From: the human T2T-CHM13v2.0 reference genome, Homo sapiens
Direction: 5' to 3' (one strand)
Length of the DNA stretch: 64,000 nt
Assembly (NCBI RefSeq): GCF_009914755.1
Contig: NC_060930.1
Positions within the stretch are counted from its first letter, which is position 1. The number at the start of each line of letters is the position of its first letter. Below the pieces are notes generated by a model. The model did not search any database. It had not been told where the DNA came from and was given only the letters and a program-made list of their open reading frames with translations. Shown here piece after piece: positions 55,281 to 64,000 of this stretch. The position numbers and the translations under genes are program-made.

Positions 55281-56959
55281 AGAATGATTACTATCAGTGG
55301 TGGAAGCATCTGTACCTCTTCAAATACCCTCTTCGTAAAAATGTATGCTTGAAAGGCAAAATGATTTATTTGTGCCTCACAACCAATTAGCAATGAAGAT
55401 AATTCAGAAAAAGGGAGCAATGAGCTTAGGATGAAAAGCTAGAGAAGAGGTAAGAGTTGACCTGGATGGGATGTGAAGAGCTGGCAGAGCAAAGGCAGGC
55501 ATCCCAAATGGAGAGAACCTGAGGAGAGTGCAGACCTCTTGTGGAAGGTAGAACTGAGTGTGGACAAACCTGGAGTAAGAGGTGAGAAGTCAGGTGGGGA
55601 ACCTTGGGTAGGGTCACATTATAAAGACATTTCTTCCTTTCCAGCAGTGAGAAAAATGTGGAGAGAGGAAAATGAGGTTTTTCTGGGGACACCTGTGTCA
55701 GAGTGTGAGGCTTGGGGAGCAGCTGTGGGTAGTTCAGAGGAGGGTTGGACCGCTCCCTGGCCTAACCCTTAATCAAGGAGACGACTGTTGCAGTACGACA
55801 GGCCTGAAGGATTTGACCTTGAGAAGAAAGGCCAGTTGAGGAAATACTTTTAAACACTTATTTATTGGCTTTAATTTTCTTTCCTTATTTTTAATAGACT
55901 GTACATTGTCATTCAAAATTCAATAGTTTTAAAAGGGTATTCAGGAGAAATAAGTCTCCCTCCCAGCAACTAATATCACACATTTTTTGGATACCCATTT
56001 TAAGACATATTTTAGAGAAGAAAGTATGAATAGGGATAGACTAAATATTAATAATTTGCTATGTTTTATGCAATAGTTTATTCTTCACCATGGTTTTATG
56101 TTATCAACACCCTTTAAGGTAGATAGGACGGATGTTTTATTTCGATTTTGCTGACAAGGAAAGAGGATCAGAAAAGTTAAGTAACATAAAAAGTTAGTAG
56201 CTTTTTAGTGGAAATATCTAAATTAAGATTCAGGTTTTTGGGACACACACAAAAGAAAATACTTAAAGATAACTGCAAATGAAATTTCACATATACTAAT
56301 TTCATCCTCAGTTTTTGAATAGCTGCAAAGCACAAAGTTTTAAATTCTTTTTGAAACAAAAATAAAAAAAAATTTAAATCCTCAGTGTGCCCACATTGTT
56401 TCCTTATAAAATCCTGTAAAACATAATGGCCTTTTATTTAAAACCACAAAACAACAATAATAATGGTTGCAATGCTTTTGAACTGAGTACCGAGGACTTT
56501 GTTTCAGCTTGAATTGCTTTCTGTAACCTGTAAGGAAGCCATCAGCCTCACCTGACTTCTAAAGTCATCAGAAAGTGCACCCACAGAGCCTTAAAATATG
56601 AAGTATCAGCCTGGTACTGAGTTTCAACTGCTGTCTCCCTCTTCTCTCTCCTGCCAACTCTGTTTCTTTTTTCAGTTTCAATTTCAGGACAAATGATGGA
56701 ATAAGATTTTCTTTTTCCATTGGGCAAGCAATTTACCTGAATTCTTTTGGTGGCACCGTTTGGTAAACCTAAAGAAATCAAAGTCAAAACCTTGGATTCT
56801 TTTGAGTATTTGTTATCAGGATTATTCCCTTGTTGTATCCTTTTATTGATGTCAATAGCACAAAGGATACTAGGCTAAACAGAAGAATGGAACATCTCCA
56901 GCAATATTTAGAGAACTGGAAAGTGAAAAGACATCTTCAAGTACTAATCAGACTATCAT

Positions 56960-57555
56960 TGAAACTGTCCCTGTAAACTTTATTAAATTAATCAGGGAAG
57001 AAGAGAGAAAGAAAAAATAAAAATAACCTAAGCCTGCAGCACATTCAGCATTAATTGCTAGGTCAGCTGCTCTCTGACCTGCTTCCTCACAGTTGTTTGG
57101 TGCCTGTTGTCCTAGCATCATGTAGACCCAGCTACAAAATTATAGTTTCCTTTAACTGTTCCATAGATAACAACCTGAACATCATGAAATGTTAAGTTTT
57201 CCCTTTGAGATGTTCTTTCAGGTCCTACATGCCAGTAAAACTACTGACATCAGCTGGTTTAAAGGACCCCACCAGAAGCTGGCTTATCAAGGAATGCAGT
57301 TTCCACATTCTGATGATTGCATCCCTCTTACCCCAACCAATCAATGACCTCAATTTTCCAGCCCCTCCCCCTCTATGTTCCTCTTTAAAACACCAGCCCA
57401 GAACTCCTTGAGGAGATGGATTTGAGAGCTTCCTCCCATCTCTTTGCTCAGTGTCCTGCAATCATTAAAGTCTTTCTCTGCTACAAACCCTGCTGTCTCA
57501 GTGTAATTGGTCTGTTACAGTGCAGCAAGCACAAAAACCTGTTGGTCCTATAATA
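56960..57555 (+). mobile_element. ERV1 solo LTR (LTR26-like)
   Basis: Starts tgaaactgtccctgtaaacttta..aaattaatcagggaagaag...gcagcacattcagcattaat; CCAAT, TTAAAA and ATTAAA motifs in LTR order; ~600 bp. Confidence 0.82.
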
Positions 57556-58211
57556 GTGTCTTTGCAGATTTTCCAGAACCAATGCAGTAAAGAATGATGA
57601 TAAAAAATTACAAATACCAGAGTTGGACTCGTTTAGCTTAAAGGTCCATTTCTAGAAATGATAGTTGAAATAATATCTGTGTAATATTGCTAGAGATATA
57701 AATTATATACTTTTAAAATTACTGTCTTTTAGTTACAAAGAGGAGAGAATTGTTCTAAGAAAGCAAGCACCTCCTCAATAATTCACTTTATAATTTAAAT
57801 CTTCAAAATTATTTCAAATATTAACTGCATTAACAAGCCTTTCTCCAGGGAGCCAGGAGTTTCTTAAAGGCATTGTCTCATCAGTCCTATTAGTTCCAAT
57901 GTAATGAAAAAATTAAGCAGATATCTAGCATCTTTTCCATTCTACTTCTGAAAAATAAAGATAAGGAAGAGATATCATTTGTCCAACTTAACACAGTTTA
58001 CCTAAATGAGACAAACAAACCACAAAAATCTCTTTTTCTCTATGAATTGCAGCCCTACCCCAACGTAGCTATGTGGCCCTGGGCAAGTTTTAACAACCTA
58101 AGCAGCAACATTCTCTATAAAATGTGGATAAAACCTTCACAAAATTATTGGGAGTGCTACAGAGATATATATGTTAAAGTAACAAGCCAGTGACTGACAG
58201 TAATAGGTATG

Positions 58212-58710
58212 TGTATTAGTCTTCCAGTGCTGCACAGCAATGTGGCCTCAAACTTAGTGGCTTAAAACAACATATTTATCACCTCACAGGCTTAGCTGGA
58301 TCCTCTGCTTCAGTGTCTCACAAAGCTGCAAAGGTGTTGGCCAGGGCTACATTCTCATCTGAAGGCCCAACTGGGGAAGGAGCCATTTCCAAGCTCATGT
58401 CATTGTCAGCAGAATTCAGTTCCTTGCAGTTGTAGGACTGAGGGACTTGGTTTCTCACCTGCTGTCAGCTGGAGGATCCTCAGTGGCAAGAGGCCACCCC
58501 AACATGGCTACTAGCTGCATTAACCAGCAAGTGAAAGCGTTTTCCTATATTGTATAATTACAGAAGTGACAGCCCGTCCCCGTGGCTATAACATACTGAG
58601 TAAAAACAAGTCACAGTTCCTGCTCACACACAAGAGAAAAGGGTCACATGAGGGTATGAAAATCAGAAGGCAGGGATCACAGAAGCCAACCTGGAGCCTG
58701 GTAGTGTCTG
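58212..58710 (-). mobile_element. MaLR solo LTR (MLT1F/E-like)
   Basis: tgtattagt...aaacttagtggcttaaaacaaca...cttagctggatcctctgct...agaattcagttccttgcagttgtaggactgag...aagtcacag. Confidence 0.82.
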
Positions 58711-59389
58711 ATGCCTGGTTCCTCCAGGCACTGTGTCTGTGTTTAATGCCACTGTATCTGATGCCTGTCTCCTCCTTTCCTATCTCACCACCCTTCCTTG
58801 TTTCGATTCCTAGATTGAAAGACCATATATAACCCCTGCTATCCAGCAAAATCTTGTCTATTCAGTTAAAGGCAGTACTTTAGAATTTCATAGAAATAAA
58901 ATAGGAGAAGAAAATTCATGCTGGAAAATATTAAAAGTAGTAGTTTATAACAAGTTAAGTTGTCTTTGGTAAAATAAACAAGTAAAATTTCGTAAAATGG
59001 GAGGCCCTCATGTTCTCTTGTTTGTGCTTTTAATGCCATTTTGTTGGATGTGTTTGGAAAATGATTGCAACTCTAAATCAATGAGTACAAAAGCACTCAT
59101 GAAATATGGGCACTACAAAATAATTTCATTCAATAGCCTCAAAATGGTTGTGAATTTGTGTTCCCCTAAGTATGGTTAAAAATAACCCCAACCCCCACAT
59201 GAAGCAGAATGGCATTAATGCAGGTGTGAGTCAGCCTGGGCAGTTTGGCCATGTTTGATAAGCCTTATCTGCATCTCAGGTCTCTGGTCTCTAGGGTCTT
59301 CGGAAAATGTTGGGGTCTTTAAATTATAAGGCTGTTGCTGCTGCTGATGCTGCTGCCAATGATGATGGTACTAGCTAATATTTACTGTG

Positions 59390-59550
59390 TACTTACTGCA
59401 TGTCATTTACTCTAAATGGTTCATATGTGTAATTTAATACAACCCTGGAAGAAAGGAACTGTTATTATTTCTATTTCACAAATGTAGAAACGGCCTTAGA
59501 GAGAATTAGGTCACATGGCTAGCAAGTAGCAGGGCCTGGATTCTAACCAT
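59390..59550 (-). mobile_element. MIR
   Basis: acaaccct..aag..aggaactgttattatt.ctatttcacaaatg.agaaac...ggtcacatggctagcaagtagcag.gcctggatt. Confidence 0.7.
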
Positions 59551-59699
59551 AGAAAAGTTCAACCTCAGAACCTCAGAATTTGCTTTGAGGAATAGGGAAC
59601 TTGAAGATGCAAATAAGAAGGCTAACAGTGGGTCTAAATACTCTTTTCAAAATGTCACAGGACTGCATGTTGAAGATGCATACATTGTATCTGTGACCA

Positions 59700-59848
59700 A
59701 GGAATGGTGTCAGCCCTTGCTCCTGTACTTGCCCCATCCTTGCTGCCACCCAGGCATCAAGCAAGCTATCATTCCTTCCCTTCAAGTCAGTCAGCAGGGA
59801 GTAATCAGGATATTTTTCATCCCCTCCACCCCACAGCGAGTCCTTTGT
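59700..59848. repeat. Short paired duplication, copy 1
   Basis: Matches 60425-60574 with 2 substitutions and one 1-bp indel. Confidence 0.97.
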
Positions 59849-60424
59849 GGGGTTCAGTAAAGTCAGGTTTTGTCATGCCATAAAGCAGAGTAGCCAGGCT
59901 ACTTCTGAGGTAGGCTGGCCCTTCTAGATATGTCATGGGGCCTGTGGGCTGGGTTCCTTCTGCCTGGTCCCACTGACCCCTCATAGGGGTACCAGGATTA
60001 TCTTGGTCTCCTCAAGCCTCATCCTCCCAACTTGATTCCAAAGTCTGATGCAGTTAACAGAAACAGGATACTGGTCACCAACAGATCAAGATGTACACAC
60101 AAGACAGTGAGTTCGCCCTTATGCATAACACACGGTTCGTTAAATTATAATGAATGAAGTAAGATCAATTGTCTATGGCATGCTGATGCTGAGTAACATT
60201 TCACACCTTGATCAGATGTGGTGAAGATAGGCTGCGCAGAAGGTGAAAACAGTGCCTGTGACTAGAAGACCAGAATGTAGAGGGAACACGGCCATAAAGC
60301 AAGAACAGAGGATCATTGACTTATACTTTTTTTTTATTTATTCAGAGAGTACTCCCAGCACCAATGTAGGGGAATTAGATATTGATGAGAAATCACAAGC
60401 AGAGTTTTTATGTAGGTGTCATGT

Positions 60425-60574
60425 AGGAATGGTGTCAGCCCTTGCTCCTGTACTTGCCCCATCCTTGCTGCTACCCAGGCATCAAGCAAGCTATCATTCC
60501 TTCCCTTTAAGTCAGTCAGCAGGGAGTAATCAGGATATTTTTCATCCCCCTCCACCCCACAGCGAGTCCTTTGT
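60425..60574. repeat. Short paired duplication, copy 2
   Basis: Matches 59700-59848; bounded by TGTAGG at 60422-60427 and 60572-60577. Confidence 0.97.
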
Positions 60575-61499
60575 AGGGACTGACTGATCAAGGGGATCTG
60601 ATTACAGATCACTGACTTTGAAAATTATTTTCAAAAATATAAACCATTTGTATTTTATACTTTTTTGATGCTAATTCACTCAAGAATGCATGGTATGGAT
60701 CTTTATAGAAATTCATCTAAAAATGCAAAGCAACTGGCTTTAGTCAAGCCATTATCTTGGCATATCTAGCTTATTATCTTTAAATACTGCCCATTTGTTC
60801 TGTTAACTTGCTCCATCATGCTAACAACCTAAGCATAACAGAAAAGAAGACTGTGTTCATGAGAAAGGGGCTAGTGGAGCCTGTGTCCAGGGATCGACTT
60901 GTAGAAAAAGAGTCCAGACAGGAGAGCCTGCCAGAAGCTCTTTTCTGTATTGCTGCCTGGACCCACTCTCTCATCCAGGAAGAGCAACAGCAATGTATCA
61001 CAGCAGTGGAACTTTCTGGGACCTTATGATGCAGCACTCAGTAAAATCGTAGATAGAAATGGGTAATTTAGACATAGGTTTCCTATACCCATACATCAGC
61101 ACAAGTCTCACCATCTCTACCAAAAGGAAAGTACATAGGTCTACACCTCCACCCCCAAATTTATGTCTATTCAAAGGTAGTGACCATTTTCTCTTGCTCT
61201 TTTTCTTCAAATTTCCAGGGATATTATCACTGCTTTAAAGGAGAGTACTATGCATGAAGGAAGTATTTAAGTGATGCTTGTTGCATTGAGCTGATAAGGA
61301 CATACTGCTACAGACTCAGCAATTGAGTTGATTTTGTGGATGGCACGGTCACTCTCTCAGCCATGCTGGGGCACAACCTTAAATAGGAGTCTAAGTGGGA
61401 ACATGGAACTCAGGAAAGTGGCACTCCGCAGGACGGGGTCTCCTGGCTGCATTAAAGCAGTGAGAAATATAAGAACTAACTTCGTTTTTTTACTGTCTG

Positions 61500-61680
61500 T
61501 TGCATAATATGCACTGCATTAAGCTCTTTGGGTAGAGTTACTTCACTTAATCCTCACAGCAATTCCTTATGGTATGAGATAAGAAAACTGAGATTTGGAG
61601 AAGTTAAATGACACATCCAAGGTCACACATTTAATAAGCTGTCAGATGAAGCCCTGACCCTAAGACCCTGTTTCTTCCAT
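61500..61680 (-). mobile_element. MIR
   Basis: cacttaatcctcacagcaa...agataagaaaactgaga..tggagaagttaaatgac...ccaaggtcacaca. Confidence 0.75.
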
Positions 61681-62935
61681 TAGACCAATGTGTTGTCTCT
61701 TCCTTTTTGTTGTTTGCTGTGCAGAATCACATCATTCTACTTAAAGAGTGTGCCTCTACCATAGTTGCACTAGGATGATTTGAGAGGCCACCAGCTTGAA
61801 CCTGTTAAATTCTAGGAAACTCTCATTAAGATGAAAATGAGTGGGGCTTCACAATATCTCAGCTCCATGTACTTCTAATGCAGAGGAGAAGAGCATTATA
61901 CAAATGAATTGAGCATCAGATATCAAGATTTTCTTTTTTGTTACATCACTAGGAAGATAAGAAATATTTTTTAAATGCTGATGACTAAATGGAAAATCAA
62001 ATTTCCAGCATGCTCAGGGAGAAATATTAGTCAAACGGAATAATTCAGCATTTCAATGTTTACTGTAGCTATCTAGCTATCAAAAAGGGAGACTAGAAAT
62101 GATAGTTTTAAAAATCAGTGTTCTATTTAAACAATTGAAAGAGTTGGCCAAGAATGAGTACAGTAAACATTTCAAGTTTATACCAAAAATCATTCTGATA
62201 ATTATCCTGGTTTATCTGCAGTATCTGTTGTGGGAATCTTAACCCCTGGCAATATTCTTTTCTATGATATTATCATTTAATTAAGCAGCTTATTTCAGTT
62301 GTCCAAGGGCTTCTTACACCTTTATTTAAAAAAAAGGTAAAGAAGGCCCTTTAGAATCTTTTGATCTCATCTTGAATCTGTACAAGTTTGTGGCATCACT
62401 CAAAACAATCATGTTATTTTTATGCCACTAGTAATAAGGAGATTCATTCTAAGACAGCTGTTTTTCTACCTTTTAATATAAGGCATATATAAATAAAATA
62501 AATAAAAATAAATCTGTAAAATAACATTGGAAAAAAATCTATAATGAGAACAAATGATGCCTGTTTTATGTTTTACCCTTAAAAATTCTATTGAAACATT
62601 TCTGAAAACATCCCAATGAGTAATTTGCATTATTCAGATACAGTTAACTTGATTATTTAAAGCATAATTTCATGACTCATGAGTATCACTTCTCTCAGTG
62701 TGACACACTACATAGACAGTCTTCAACTTTGCCAATGTTACTGGGGAAAACATATGATAGTAAGGGTGTCATATTTTCCTGTAAGGACAATGTTGTAAGT
62801 AGGAGGCTGTGTAATTTTGCCCAATGGGTCAATGTCATAAATTACTGATGAACTGTTGAAATGATGTAATTTATAATTTTGAAATTATTTCAAATAGTAA
62901 AACACATTTTAATCAATGCATTTAAACAGTAAAGG

Positions 62936-63246
62936 TTTTTTATTTTTTATTTTTATTTTGAGACACGGTCTCAATCTCACTCTCACTCAGGCTGGAGTGC
63001 AGTGGTGTGATCAAGGCTCACTGCAGCCTCCACCTCCTGGGCCTAGGTGATCCTACCACCTCAGCCCCCTGAGTAGCTGGGACTGTAGGCAAGTACTATC
63101 ATGCCCAGCTGATTTTTTTTTGCTGTTGTTAGAGACAGGGTCTCACTCTGTTGCCAAGGCTGGTCTCAAACTCTTAGCCTTAAGCAATCCCATGCCTCGG
63201 CCTTCCAAAGTGCTGAGATTACAGGTGTGAGCTACCACACCCGGCC
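62936..63246 (-). mobile_element. Alu (AluJ)
   Basis: ggctcactgcagcctccacctcctggg...agagacagggtctcactctgttgccaaggctggtctcaaactc; taaagg(t/g)tttt on both flanks. Confidence 0.93.
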
Positions 63247-64000
63247 TAAAGGTGTTTTTTTCTAAATCTTGCAAAATCAACATTAATGTAATGTACCTAT
63301 TGATTATTTAAAGAATGTCAATGTAACCATTAGATGGACATCTAGCACATAATTATAATTGTTTTGGAGGTCGCAATTTGACTTATCTCCCCTTTATATG
63401 CTACTTAAATGAAACATTTTCTTAGCAGTTTCTTTTTGTCATTGGAATGTAGGAAGACTTTGAGTTGATGTTTTGATGGTCCAAGTATCTTAATGTGGGA
63501 ACTAGGACTCTTTTCTCTTGTTAAAATTCCCTATAGCAAGGAGAATATTCAGAACTTTTCTATTATTACTTAAGAGCAATAATCACTTTGAGTTGATCTT
63601 TGAAGACATGAAAATAAAAGTTATTTCTGTAGCTCCAATAAGGACTTTAGCTCCGGAGGTTTGGACAGCAGGTGCCTGAACTGTCTAGTCTTTTGGTTCA
63701 CTTTCTTTTCATTGTTTCCCATTTCAGTGACAATTTTATGACAGCCTAGAAGGAAAAAAGGAGACACAAATGAGGAGGTCTAGAATCTGGTGTAGAAGCT
63801 TGAAGGCTGGGGGTGGCAGGTCGGGAGAGCAGAGCCCAGAGAGTGGAAAATAGCAGTTATGCACGTGTGTGTGTATAGACAGATAAATAGATAAACAGAT
63901 AGAAAGATTGCTTTACCTAGAAATACCTATCTCTTTTGAAGCTGATGAGCAAACCAGTTGCTTGAAAACCATTGATTCCTCATAAATAATGTGTTAAACC

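Noticed and set aside
59700-60574. Direct repeats flanking ~575 bp read as a miniature LTR element (TRIM-like)
   Set aside because: No TG...CA termini, no outer TSD, no evident PBS/PPT; junctions fit templated insertion better

Overview
Primate (human-like) non-coding genomic DNA, most likely a large intron or intergenic/lncRNA region; I could not identify the locus. It is AT-rich and CpG-depleted, and carries about 18 Alu/FLAM/FRAM copies, L1 3' fragments, L2 and MIR relics, hAT/Tc-mariner MITEs (MER1A, MER33, MER5B, MER20, MER117, MER104-like), solo LTRs (LTR26, MLT1) and many simple repeats. No protein-coding exon, RNA gene, CRISPR array or prokaryotic system is supported; the long ORFs trace to Alus, simple repeats or chance. 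The most unusual non-TE structures are: (i) a perfect 37-bp inverted repeat enclosing three alternately oriented copies of an AT-rich unit (22454-22589); (ii) a ~150-bp, ~98% identical non-tandem duplication with microhomology at both junctions (59700-60577); (iii) an extended heat-shock-element array (55246-55280); (iv) a CpG-retaining, TAAT-rich zone with a minus-strand splice donor (32.1-33.5 kb), plus further minus-strand splice signals hinting at a spliced non-coding transcript; (v) a ~50-55-bp-period minisatellite split by an Alu. Repeat subfamily calls are from recalled consensus similarity and need RepeatMasker/Dfam confirmation.
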